Positions 38,415-47,860 of a stretch of 64,000 nt of DNA are shown one piece after another. The notes under the pieces were generated by a model. The model had not been told where the DNA came from, made no database searches, and was given only the letters and a program-made list of their open reading frames with translations. The stretch comes from a phage. Within the stretch, counting starts at the first letter, position 1, and each line of letters starts with the position of its first letter. The position numbers were made by a program, and so were the translations under genes. The stretch lies in the sequence record PZ445451.1; one strand, given 5' to 3'.

Positions 38415-39362
38415 TTAGAAACAGTGCAGGAAGTTTCGACCATACTGCAAACCAATAGGAGCAAATGGGATATCATCATCGAAATCTTGAACAACAGGTT
38501 CTGGTTCTTTCGGTGCTGGCTCTTTCTTCTCTACTTTTTTAGTTTCTTTCTTAACTTCTTGTACTGGGATAGACATTCCACGGATAGCAGCAGCTACTTT
38601 ATCAGACAAAGCAAGAACTTCACGAGCAGCTTCAATAATCTCTTCTGCCGTTACAGTTTTACCTGTATGATCACGACAAGCGTTAAGAATTGCGTGTCCA
38701 ACTGAAGCACCAAGATCATAGTCAGTTACATCAACGCCACGATCTTTAGCAATTTCAGCTTTCAGAGTAACAGTTGCAGATTGTACCACACCAGCCAAGT
38801 CGAAAGCATCACCTTTCACACCAGCACGTAGAAGCTCCAGAGCGCCGTTTACAGCGTGTCCTGTTTCAATCCCTACGGTATCACGTTTTTTGTAGTTAGG
38901 CTTGCTACCGTCATTATTAGAGGGCTTATTTCCACCTTTTGAAGAGGATTGTGCTTGCTGAACACCTTCTGTTGAAAGAATAGTGATTTTACCTTTAGAG
39001 GAATTATAGTATGTTTTGCCATTCCATTCAGAAGGTTTAACATCCATAGTTAGTTCTACACCTTTTTCGATAGTAACCCATTTATCACCATCTTTAACTT
39101 GCAGGTTTTCATGTTCTGGGTGCAGTTTAACTTCACCTAAGCTAACCCAAACACCTTTATCATCAGCACCAGCACCTTTCTCTTTAATAAGCAGAGATGC
39201 TTTGTGAGTTGATTCAATTTTCTTATCTGGTTGACCTGCAACCTTAATATAAGAGACTTTCATTTCATCAAACTTATCCAGTTTGACATATTCAACGATA
39301 CCTTCAGCCCAGAATGCTTCTTTTTTAGTACGACGGTCGATTTCAGAATTAATTACTGGCAT
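38415..39362 (-). CDS. ssb: Single-stranded DNA-binding protein
   Basis: 315 aa; ends with the acidic amphipathic tail DFDDDIPF characteristic of SSBs; sits in the replication module. Confidence 0.6.
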   Translation of the reverse strand: MPVINSEIDRRTKKEAFWAEGIVEYVKLDKFDEMKVSYIKVAGQPDKKIESTHKASLLIKEKGAGADDKGVWVSLGEVKLHPEHENLQVKDGDKWVTIEKGVELTMDVKPSEWNGKTYYNSSKGKITILSTEGVQQAQSSSKGGNKPSNNDGSKPNYKKRDTVGIETGHAVNGALELLRAGVKGDAFDLAGVVQSATVTLKAEIAKDRGVDVTDYDLGASVGHAILNACRDHTGKTVTAEEIIEAAREVLALSDKVAAAIRGMSIPVQEVKKETKKVEKKEPAPKEPEPVVQDFDDDIPFAPIGLQYGRNFLHCF

Positions 39363-39378
39363 AAATTCTCCTCTATAA

Positions 39379-39777
39379 TTACATTACTTTAACACAAAAC
39401 TCTCGTAAAAGAGTAGCGTCAGTTTCTTCCAACAGGTATTTACCAAGACCAATACCAAATCCTATTTCACCACTTTCAAAATGGAGGATTTGTATCTTTT
39501 CTCCACCAAGGTTAATTACTTTTGCTTTTCCAGGATTATCCAAAACATCTCGTATTGTATCCTGTAGTAACATAAGCTCACGTTTTGTGATAGTGGTTTC
39601 AGATATCTCTTTGTTTTCTACTCTCACTGTTAAACGATTGTATCCACCAAAGAGACATAGTATTTGAATAAAAAAGGTATTATCTTGAGGTTCAACATCT
39701 TTTTTAGTTAGTTCAAGACGATTAGTTTCTCTACTGTAGAACGTCTCGACTAAGATTTTAGAACGATTATCTGTCAT
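39379..39777 (-). CDS. Hypothetical protein
   Basis: 132 aa ORF on the replication-module strand. Confidence 0.4.
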   Translation of the reverse strand: MTDNRSKILVETFYSRETNRLELTKKDVEPQDNTFFIQILCLFGGYNRLTVRVENKEISETTITKRELMLLQDTIRDVLDNPGKAKVINLGGEKIQILHFESGEIGFGIGLGKYLLEETDATLLREFCVKVM

Positions 39778-39820
39778 TCAAGTCCTCATAATAACACATA
39801 ATTGTAAGGTTTGTCAACAC

Positions 39821-40435
39821 TTAAATCTTAAATTCTTCGTTGTTAAGTGAATCCAGTGTACGTACTTCTGGTTCTTTGGGGATGAAAACGTCTTTTACAA
39901 AGCGGAACATAGGGAAACGTTCTGCCATTTTACGGACGTGTGCTTCTTTACCTGTGTAGCGGTGATTAATAGTACAAATATTAGTTTTCAGCGCAAATTC
40001 AAAATCTGGATGATATACATAATTTTGACCATCCCAGTAACACAGGCAAATAGCTACGTCAAAGTTCCATACGATTTCACTGCGTACACCTTCTTCCATG
40101 ATCATAAAGTTAAACTTAAGATCTTTATAGTATGCTTCAAATACCCATTTCAAATGTGGTAGTTCGGCATAAGTGTGTTCTGTTTGCTTAGTAAGTTGTT
40201 TAACATTACGTGCACCAACACCCAACATCAAAAATTTCTCTACTAGTACGAGTGTATTGTGGTTAGGCATACGCAAGTAAATATCAATATCTTGCGCAGG
40301 TTTCTCTAATCGCCAATCACGTACAGCGCCGCCAGCTACAATTGCAAACGGATCTACCAGTTGGCACATACGTAATACTTCTAAAGCTCGTACTTTTTGA
40401 TCTTCAATATTCATATTTTCTCCTATCGTTTCCAC
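39821..40435 (-). CDS. Minimal nucleotidyltransferase related to the CCA-adding enzyme / poly(A) polymerase head domain
   Basis: 204 aa; motif FAIVAGGAVRDW...DIDIYL matches the pol-beta-type NTase signature of CCA-adding enzymes (GGaVRD...DhDh); far shorter than full-length CCA enzymes. Confidence 0.55.
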   Translation of the reverse strand: METIGENMNIEDQKVRALEVLRMCQLVDPFAIVAGGAVRDWRLEKPAQDIDIYLRMPNHNTLVLVEKFLMLGVGARNVKQLTKQTEHTYAELPHLKWVFEAYYKDLKFNFMIMEEGVRSEIVWNFDVAICLCYWDGQNYVYHPDFEFALKTNICTINHRYTGKEAHVRKMAERFPMFRFVKDVFIPKEPEVRTLDSLNNEEFKI

Positions 40436-41010
40436 TCTTTGTGTTGTTCTACATGCTCAAGCATTTCATTATATAGTGCTTTAAGATGTGGAACAACTCT
40501 TTCATCTTCAGTTTCAAAGAATTTTGTAAGCTGCTCTGCTTTAGCTTTCAACCAGCAAAGATGCGCTTCAATTTCAGTATTAAAACGTCCCAGCGTTTTT
40601 ATGCGACTGTCTACTTTTATATTGGCTTTGTATTTATTACGATCTTTTTCGTAACTACATCCCACCATAGTCCCATGAGATCTTTTACTTACTCTATAAG
40701 CTAAGAACTTATTAAGATCTCCTGTTACTAAAAGACAGGTATTGGGAGAGTAAACTCTCCCTCCTATAATATCTTTATCAAGTTCTAAGTTTTCCCAGTC
40801 ATCCCAAGTTTGCAACCAGGAATAGAAATTGGAGAACAACTTCCATTCTTCACAAACTGTCACCCCATTATAACAAGGATCACGTTCTTGTTGACAAGGG
40901 GAGTAACACCTCCCCAACATAGACATCCATTTCATATAAGCAGGGTGCATAGTTCCTCTAGGAGATCTTACAGTAAAATCTCCATCAAAAATACCATGAC
41001 CATATACCAT
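40423..41010 (-). CDS. Putative homing endonuclease with AP2-like DNA-binding domain
   Basis: 195 aa; AP2-like block (KYKANIKVDSRIKTLGRFNTEIEAHLCWLKAKAE); Cys/Trp-rich N-terminal region; free-standing gene directly downstream of the polymerase. Confidence 0.4.
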   Translation of the reverse strand: MVYGHGIFDGDFTVRSPRGTMHPAYMKWMSMLGRCYSPCQQERDPCYNGVTVCEEWKLFSNFYSWLQTWDDWENLELDKDIIGGRVYSPNTCLLVTGDLNKFLAYRVSKRSHGTMVGCSYEKDRNKYKANIKVDSRIKTLGRFNTEIEAHLCWLKAKAEQLTKFFETEDERVVPHLKALYNEMLEHVEQHKEWKR

Positions 41011-41039
41011 AAAAACTCCTTATAAAACAATATGTTAGA

Positions 41040-44000
41040 CTAATGACAACTGGCCCATGAGTTACCAACATCGTACCCAGCAGTGAGAGGTACATTAAGA
41101 TTGTAATACTCACCAGCTTTATTAACAGCGATAGATGCTAATTCTCCAGCACGACTGTAGGCTGTAAACCAACCACCTTTCGGAGATTCATGTACGTTCG
41201 CCCAAATCTTGCCAGTACGTTTCTCTTCCTCTTCTTTCCAGGCATTAACTTTATCCAAACATTCTTTATCAATTTTCTTTTGTTCTTCTGGATCATCAAC
41301 TTGAGTCCAACCTAAAGATTCTTTAGAGAACCATTTAAAATGCACCAGATCACGAGTTACTTCAAGTTGTGCTTCATCGTGATATGCAATCATTTGTTGA
41401 ACGAATGACTTATTTTTCCAGTCATCAACAAAAAAGTCAACAGCTAATCCTTCTTCTTCGATAAGATCGTCGTAGATAACCATTGCTCTTTTTGCACAAA
41501 TAACACCACCACTCTGGAACAGAGAGTTAAGTATTGCGTGTGCAGATCGTGTAGGTACTTTTCTACCATCAATACCGAGAATGTATTTCTTACCTGTTTT
41601 AACCCAAAAGTCATGCAGACGTTCTTTAAGAAGCGCAAGAGGTTTTGCAGCTTCCCAGAAAGCATCGTATACAAGCTGTCCTGTATACATATCACTACCT
41701 ATAGTTTTTGCTACTTTTGCAGCTTGAGCACCATAAGTAATACCATACTTAACAGATTTAGCAGGGCTTCGTTCAAACTTACGACCAATAGTGTCAGAAA
41801 TACGTCGAGCCATCATTGTATGAACATCATTAGGTTTTTCCAATAATAGAGCATTACAATATTCGTGTGGTTCCTGCTCGTACCGCCAACAATTCCCTGT
41901 AATCGTGATGCAGTCTTTCTGACGCATAACCCATGTACCGAGTTCTGTTTGTGGACACCAAACATCTTCTACACCCCATTCTTCAATAGTCAGACTTTGA
42001 ACAGGGATGTGAGAGCGGTTAGCCAACGTTGCCACTTTTACTTTCTGGTCTTTCGTATTGAAGGCTACAGAAATATTACCCCCATGAACCAGGTATGAGG
42101 CAGTTAAGGCTGCTTCAAAAAGTTCTCCTGGGTTCTGCGCCCAGCGCCAAACAGGTTTTTGTTTATGTTTGTGCCAGTAACCATCCGCAATCAAAAAACC
42201 TTCCAAGAAAGCCACACGCTCGGCATGAGACATATTAACTACACGTTCTACCCACGGAACATCCCATTTACCTTGTTGAACAGAAGTTAAACTATTTACT
42301 TGATCTTGTTCCATGTTAAATGGAGCATTACAAATAATGTTATCTCCTGTGCAAAGCTCGGCAGTTGTTCTGACTTTAGGCACATAAGTATTCCCTGTAC
42401 TACGAGTATTAACATACCAACGGTGATCTGCTGTTGCACGATAAGTATGGGATTTTCCTTTAATCTCAAACGTCTTACTATTTTTATAGAAGACCTTACC
42501 TTTTACTTTAGTCCATTCTTTAAGTCCTGTTTCTGGGTTATATCCTAAGATTTCATCCCCTTCTTGTAGATCGTGATAACCAACCCAACCTTTACGGGTT
42601 AGTGCTTGTGCATCCATAGGTACACAGTAGTGTGATTCTATTTTTGCCTCAAGAGAATCAAAGTCATAACCAATTTGGAAGTATTTTGGAACTTCTACAC
42701 CAAATAAGTTACGCATTTCATATCCGTACAGAGATGTTACACGTGGGATATTTGCTACTAACCTATGTTTCATACGAGATGTAGCTGCATCACACGTTGC
42801 AGCAGGAGTTGGTATACGACCATCAGCCCTTACTGCTGCCAGATAACCTTTATCGTAATCCTCTTCATCTTCTTCCCAATCAGCACCACCACCTAGAATA
42901 GAGTTCCTACGGTGTTTATACGTAAGATACTGCACAATCTGCGTAGCATAAGGAAACTTTTCACCCAGTGCTTCCAAGTTAGGACAAATATCTTTCTCTT
43001 GCCCTTTTGTAAAGGAAGGGTTCGTAAGCACTTTAACACCACGACCTTTAGCTTTAGCAATACGATCTCTTAGTTTCCATTCCAAAGTTTCTGGTGTGCA
43101 CTCCAGATGATCACATCTGTCCTGGCAGAAGTTAGATGCTAACGTTTGATCAACATAGTCACGAATAGCTTTCTCCATTTGTGCTTCATCTTTCTTAATC
43201 TTAGTGCCAGATTTAAGAGTGATATCTTTATCTTTGTATTCAGATGGACTCCAACCTAAACCAACTAACCAGTTTTTAATATGTGTAGTGTCGTCTAAAG
43301 TAGCAGGTACTGTAGGATCACAAATAGGTTCTTCTGCTGGAATAGGGAGTTTAAACTCTTTACCTAAAGCAAATAACCACCAACCATCTTCTTTTTGTAC
43401 AAGTTCACCAGAATGTTTCTCTGCAAACTTTATCATGTTACTTGAAGGTTCACCATTCTTTTTAAACTGTAGTTTAGGTGGAATGAATGATTTCAAATAA
43501 CCTTTGGTAGCAGGTTTAGGAGGTAGCACAGGTTCTGCCTCTAAACGACATGCTTCCATTCGAGCATCCAGATCACGAATATTATCTTCTGCTTGTTTCA
43601 TATTGAAAGCAAAGCCACGGTGCTCTTGACGTGTAATAATATCAGCTACACGTTGTTCTAAGTTAAATGGTTCAGACCACTTATTATAATCACCCCACTC
43701 TTCCATCAAATAACGGAACACTGCGGTGTTAGCTTTGTTATCGTAAATACAGTAATACAGCATATCTGCTGCAAATGTTTTAAATCTTTCAGTTTCAGGG
43801 ATGTTTTTTCTAAAATCAATTTTAACATCCCCTCCAGCTTTCTTAGATAACTCTGCCAGACTATGACCACCGAAGCGATCAGGGTTTAGTGTCTTACTTA
43901 AGATCATAGTATCACAAATTTCAATGTTACTATTACCCCAAGTATTGTACTTAATACTGTAGTTGAGTTTAAAAAATAATTTAATTGCCAGTAAGTCGAA

Positions 44001-44354
44001 GTTAATGATGTTGTGTCCAACTACTTTGGTAATTTTATAGTTTGAATTACCTTTAAATTTACCTGTTCCATTTACAAAATCAGGAAAATCTTTAAGAGGG
44101 AAATGGGTATATTCTAAATGCTCATATTCCTCCAATCGGTATTCATACTTTCCGTCAGTCTCAATATACGGACGACCATCGAAAAGATATTTATCACCAT
44201 CATGGAAAGCAATAATCTCTCCAGTATCATGACTTTCGCACACAATACAGTGCATTGCAAAACTATCTTTTAAACGATATGGACTTGCCAAGTAATCTAC
44301 ACTTTCGTCATTAAGCAAGTTGTTACTTTCAATGTCGAAAGTAAAAGCTCCCAT
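41040..44354 (-). CDS. DNA polymerase, family A (3'-5' exonuclease + polymerase), intein-containing
   Basis: Exo I FDIES and Exo II HNIINFD motifs; motif A DFDSLEAKIESHY interrupted right after HY; motif B-like KSVKYGITYG; motif C-like YHDE; strong AAGGAGGG RBS. Confidence 0.8.
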   Translation of the reverse strand: MGAFTFDIESNNLLNDESVDYLASPYRLKDSFAMHCIVCESHDTGEIIAFHDGDKYLFDGRPYIETDGKYEYRLEEYEHLEYTHFPLKDFPDFVNGTGKFKGNSNYKITKVVGHNIINFDLLAIKLFFKLNYSIKYNTWGNSNIEICDTMILSKTLNPDRFGGHSLAELSKKAGGDVKIDFRKNIPETERFKTFAADMLYYCIYDNKANTAVFRYLMEEWGDYNKWSEPFNLEQRVADIITRQEHRGFAFNMKQAEDNIRDLDARMEACRLEAEPVLPPKPATKGYLKSFIPPKLQFKKNGEPSSNMIKFAEKHSGELVQKEDGWWLFALGKEFKLPIPAEEPICDPTVPATLDDTTHIKNWLVGLGWSPSEYKDKDITLKSGTKIKKDEAQMEKAIRDYVDQTLASNFCQDRCDHLECTPETLEWKLRDRIAKAKGRGVKVLTNPSFTKGQEKDICPNLEALGEKFPYATQIVQYLTYKHRRNSILGGGADWEEDEEDYDKGYLAAVRADGRIPTPAATCDAATSRMKHRLVANIPRVTSLYGYEMRNLFGVEVPKYFQIGYDFDSLEAKIESHYCVPMDAQALTRKGWVGYHDLQEGDEILGYNPETGLKEWTKVKGKVFYKNSKTFEIKGKSHTYRATADHRWYVNTRSTGNTYVPKVRTTAELCTGDNIICNAPFNMEQDQVNSLTSVQQGKWDVPWVERVVNMSHAERVAFLEGFLIADGYWHKHKQKPVWRWAQNPGELFEAALTASYLVHGGNISVAFNTKDQKVKVATLANRSHIPVQSLTIEEWGVEDVWCPQTELGTWVMRQKDCITITGNCWRYEQEPHEYCNALLLEKPNDVHTMMARRISDTIGRKFERSPAKSVKYGITYGAQAAKVAKTIGSDMYTGQLVYDAFWEAAKPLALLKERLHDFWVKTGKKYILGIDGRKVPTRSAHAILNSLFQSGGVICAKRAMVIYDDLIEEEGLAVDFFVDDWKNKSFVQQMIAYHDEAQLEVTRDLVHFKWFSKESLGWTQVDDPEEQKKIDKECLDKVNAWKEEEEKRTGKIWANVHESPKGGWFTAYSRAGELASIAVNKAGEYYNLNVPLTAGYDVGNSWASCH
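41892..42626 (-). mobile_element. Intein (about 245 aa) with LAGLIDADG homing-endonuclease motif in the polymerase motif A region
   Basis: Starts with Cys after ...IESHY (CVPMDAQALTRKGW); block B TADHRWYV; LAGLIDADG-like VAFLEGFLIADGYW (about 42180-42209); ends ...ITITGN followed by Cys; extein resumes CWRYEQEPHEY...DVHT, aligning with family A sequence after motif A. Confidence 0.7.
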
Positions 44355-44421
44355 TCTCCCTCCTTAAAATATTTCTAAAGTCTTAATTTGTTAATACTGT
44401 ACCACAAATTAATTGTTTTGT

Positions 44422-44445
44422 AAAGGGGCTTTCGCCCCTTCTTGT
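44422..44445 (-). terminator. Stem-loop downstream of the 44445 gene (putative terminator or processing site)
   Basis: aggggc / gcccct 7 bp stem; no clear U tract on the - strand. Confidence 0.3.
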
Positions 44446-44840
44446 TATTTATTGTCAGCACTTAGTTGTACTTTAATAAGGCAATTAGGGACACCATTGG
44501 TATTTCTCAAGCCTACACGGTCAATTTTAACTGTTCCTGTTAAGCCACTAAAAGTGGAAACAATGTTATTAATGTTTTCATCCTTACTAGCGATATCAAG
44601 AACAACTTTATCACTAACATTTTTCAGCATACGATCTACAAGCTCTCCCACAAAACCACTGGTAGTTTGAATGAGAAGGTATAGGCAACCATCCTCAAAC
44701 CACAAATGTTCACCATAAGCATAACCGTATGGTTCTAATTCTAATCCGTCTTGAAATTTAAACTTAGCAATAGTTTTCGTATAATCATATGCTAAAGCAG
44801 AAGGGCATACCCCATAGAGGATGTTTTCGTTGTCTTTCAT
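44445..44840 (-). CDS. Hypothetical protein (start moved to internal ATG)
   Basis: Track ORF start 44969 lies inside the primase-helicase gene; the internal Met (MKDNENILYG...) sits about 11 nt downstream of the primase-helicase stop. Confidence 0.4.
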   Translation of the reverse strand: MKDNENILYGVCPSALAYDYTKTIAKFKFQDGLELEPYGYAYGEHLWFEDGCLYLLIQTTSGFVGELVDRMLKNVSDKVVLDIASKDENINNIVSTFSGLTGTVKIDRVGLRNTNGVPNCLIKVQLSADNK

Positions 44841-44850
44841 ATTTTTCTCC

Positions 44851-46623
44851 TTAATAAGAACCAGCAGAAATATTTTCTGGGTTACTTGTGTATTGATCGT
44901 AATCGTGAAGTGTAGCTGTTTTAATCTCATAGAAGAAACTACCTGCTGCACCAGTCTCTGAGAACTCACGGTTCTTTAGGATGTAGCAATATGTGCGGTT
45001 ACGTTCCATAGGATCTTCAGCTTGTTTATCACGCTCCAGCGCAATTGTGATACCAGCACCTTTAGCAAGGAAGCTACTACCCATTGCATCATCTTCTACA
45101 ATATGCTCATTACTATTGTTAGAAGACTTTTTAACGTGTGAAATTACAACAATGGTTATTGCGTACTCTTTCATAATGCGTTTGAGCCACGTCGCAAGTT
45201 CCTCTTGTTGTGACACGTCCATACCAGAAAGCAAATCAGAATAAGGGTCGATAACAAGAATGGTTACTCCGAAATAAATAATCATTTCCAGAACCTTCTC
45301 TTTAATCACATCTACGTTAGCTCCACGATCATCACAAACATAGAAACGTGGTGTTCCATCTTCCCGTTCGTAAAAATCACGAATCTTTTCTTCATTATCT
45401 TTTAAAATCTTTTCCTTCTCTTCTTTCGTTTTACGGTGAAGAGGGATATGCAAGAATGAAGACAGTAAGTTACGAGAATACTTCTTATACGTTGCCTCCA
45501 AAGATAAAATACCAAGAGTATGTTCTGGGTGTGCAAGAATAATGTGTTTCGTAATCTCGTTAACCAACAGTGTCTTACCGATACTTGTTTTTGCAAGTAT
45601 AACAGTAATTTCTTCTTCTACCAAGCCTCCACCTAACATATTCGAAGCAACACGCATGAATGGAGGAAGGGTGATCATTTTAGCTTCCAAGCATTCCAAG
45701 GCTGCTTCATACAGTACGTTAGAAGCGTAAACACCAGCAGGTGTGTACAGTTTAGCTTTGAAAAAGCGATCAATAAAATGATCAATTTTTCCTTCTACTA
45801 GTGCTTGGTTAGGATCTTTAACATCCGTTAGTTCCATCACGTAAACTTTATTACGTGGTAAGATTTTAACACATTTCTCAACTGCTGCACGTCCAGCTTC
45901 ATCATTATCCATACATAGAACAATCTTTTTAAATTGATCTAAGAATTTATAACGATGTTGAAGCTGCTTATGCAGAGATGTTTCGCCACAAGTACCAGAT
46001 ACTACAGCAGGAACAGGATATTTACCACCCTTGTTATAATCTTTTAGCATCTGTGTTGCAGCCAGCATATCGTGTTCACCACCAACGATTAGAATAGTAC
46101 CGCTGTGGTTACGATATTTAAACTCCCCAAAAAGATCACAATCCTTTCCTGTTTCACCGATAGGATGTGAGAAATCTTTTGGATCGATACGTTGTTTATA
46201 CCCAGCAATATTGTAATCTTTAGTTGTAGGGTATAGTGTTGAAATTACTTCGCCAGTAGCTTCATCGTACATATAGCGTACACCGAAAGGCTTAGAGATA
46301 TCTTCACGAATACCGCGATAACCTTTTGGATTAGTTCCAGTGCTGGCTTTTAGTTTATCATGTACTTCTGGATTAAACTCACTACCCAAGATATCCTCCT
46401 CTTCAATTTCTTCGCCGTGTGCATTTAACCATTTTTGATCAGGGATAGTAAAGCCACAAGAAAAACAATGTGCGCCTCGATGGTCTTCATCGGCATCTAA
46501 GCCATATACCATCAAATTGTTTTGTGATCGATCACGCCCTCCTTTCATACAACGAGGACACCCAGTATGTCCTTCTTGACTTAGATCAATGTTATACCCA
46601 TATTTATTTACAACATAAGACAC
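44851..46623 (-). CDS. DNA primase-helicase (Zn-ribbon, TOPRIM, DnaB-like helicase)
   Basis: 590 aa; N-terminal Zn-binding CPRCMKGG...CFSCGF; central acidic primase-like region; Walker A ILAKTSIGKT and Walker B-like ILVIDPYSDL in the C-terminal half. Confidence 0.7.
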   Translation of the reverse strand: MSYVVNKYGYNIDLSQEGHTGCPRCMKGGRDRSQNNLMVYGLDADEDHRGAHCFSCGFTIPDQKWLNAHGEEIEEEDILGSEFNPEVHDKLKASTGTNPKGYRGIREDISKPFGVRYMYDEATGEVISTLYPTTKDYNIAGYKQRIDPKDFSHPIGETGKDCDLFGEFKYRNHSGTILIVGGEHDMLAATQMLKDYNKGGKYPVPAVVSGTCGETSLHKQLQHRYKFLDQFKKIVLCMDNDEAGRAAVEKCVKILPRNKVYVMELTDVKDPNQALVEGKIDHFIDRFFKAKLYTPAGVYASNVLYEAALECLEAKMITLPPFMRVASNMLGGGLVEEEITVILAKTSIGKTLLVNEITKHIILAHPEHTLGILSLEATYKKYSRNLLSSFLHIPLHRKTKEEKEKILKDNEEKIRDFYEREDGTPRFYVCDDRGANVDVIKEKVLEMIIYFGVTILVIDPYSDLLSGMDVSQQEELATWLKRIMKEYAITIVVISHVKKSSNNSNEHIVEDDAMGSSFLAKGAGITIALERDKQAEDPMERNRTYCYILKNREFSETGAAGSFFYEIKTATLHDYDQYTSNPENISAGSY

Positions 46624-46635
46624 AGGATTCTCCTA

Positions 46636-46905
46636 CTAAAATGATTCGTTTGTCTCCATAATATATTGCATTTCCAAATCTTCCATATGTTTCTTAAATT
46701 GGTAAACAATTTCCGATGGGGAAATATCTATATCAAAAAGTTCTTTTGTACCAGAATAAAATCTAATACCATCAACAATAAGACCACCATAATAATCCCA
46801 ATCACTTTCTCGTGAGAAAGGGTTAGGTTCTTCATAATAGTAATCTACTTCAACAATAATAGGCTCTTTATTATCTTGTTTATACTCAAAATCAAAAGTG
46901 TTCAT
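46636..46905 (-). CDS. Hypothetical protein
   Basis: 89 aa acidic ORF, start/stop coupled to its neighbours. Confidence 0.35.
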   Translation of the reverse strand: MNTFDFEYKQDNKEPIIVEVDYYYEEPNPFSRESDWDYYGGLIVDGIRFYSGTKELFDIDISPSEIVYQFKKHMEDLEMQYIMETNESF

Positions 46906-47849
46906 TATAAATCCTCGATAAGCAGTCTGCGGGTTTCATTTAAATCATCAATATTGTAGTTATCTCTTACATACTTAGCAAGAGCCAATCCTTTCTCAAT
47001 ACAAACATCAGGAGATTCGATTAAGTATTCTACAATATCTTTCCACTCTTTAACTGAATCAGCAAAGAAGATTAGATCTTTAAATTCTTCAGTATAATAG
47101 TTCTCTCGTGGCGAACAAACGAGTGGCAAACCTTTAGCACCAGCTTCAAGAATTTTTAAATTACTTTTGGCATTATTAAAATGATTATTTACTAACGGAG
47201 CTATGGAGATTTGATGACCATCGTATGCTTCCATATAACACTCATAAGGACGAATACCTTCATAAACACAATCTGGTTGAATATTTTCTTTAATTTGCAA
47301 CCATTGAGCACTACTCAACTCTTCGTGATCTCTACGAAATCCACATAAAGTTAAATCTTTACCAAAATCAGGAAGAATTGCTAAATCATGTTTATGTGTT
47401 TCACTTCCCGCCCAAACCAGTGGACTTTTAGAATAACGATCTTTAGTAAGAACAAACTGTCCTTCATCAAAAGGTAATCCGTTAGGCACAATATGTACAT
47501 TATCATTGTATTGGCTTAATTCAACCTTTAATGCCGGAGTTGTTGTAGTTACAAGATCGCTTCTTTCAAGGAACCATTTTAGGTCATCTCGGATTTGATT
47601 TTCAAATAGTCCTTCAAGCATATGCCCTTCAGGAATAATTAAAGAATCATCCAGATCCATTACCAATTTAAACCCAAGTTGTTTAAGAGCCAGGAAACCT
47701 GGCTTTCCACGTGTTGGTACTCCATTGAACACAAAAATATTATGCTTAGGATTAATGGTCAGTTTGCGTTTATATGGCAAAATGATTCTATGAAAATCAC
47801 ATACACTATACTTTTCATTTCCGCGTGTGTCAAGAATAATATTAGGCAT
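46905..47849 (-). CDS. Glycosyltransferase-like protein (GT-B-like), paralog A
   Basis: 314 aa; C-terminal NNAKSNLKILEAGAKGLPLVCSP resembles the GT1/GT4 donor-binding motif; paralogous to the next gene. Confidence 0.5.
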   Translation of the reverse strand: MPNIILDTRGNEKYSVCDFHRIILPYKRKLTINPKHNIFVFNGVPTRGKPGFLALKQLGFKLVMDLDDSLIIPEGHMLEGLFENQIRDDLKWFLERSDLVTTTTPALKVELSQYNDNVHIVPNGLPFDEGQFVLTKDRYSKSPLVWAGSETHKHDLAILPDFGKDLTLCGFRRDHEELSSAQWLQIKENIQPDCVYEGIRPYECYMEAYDGHQISIAPLVNNHFNNAKSNLKILEAGAKGLPLVCSPRENYYTEEFKDLIFFADSVKEWKDIVEYLIESPDVCIEKGLALAKYVRDNYNIDDLNETRRLLIEDL

Positions 47850-47860
47850 ATAACTCCTTG

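Noticed and set aside
39821-40435. Interpreting the nucleotidyltransferase as a full tRNA CCA-adding enzyme
   Set aside because: At 204 aa it contains only the head domain, and no tRNA genes are seen in the window; kept as a minimal NTase of unknown substrate.
44841-44969. Track start of ORF 44445..44969 overlapping the primase-helicase 3' end by about 120 nt
   Set aside because: An internal Met just downstream of the primase-helicase stop gives a non-overlapping gene; the upstream extension is probably not translated.
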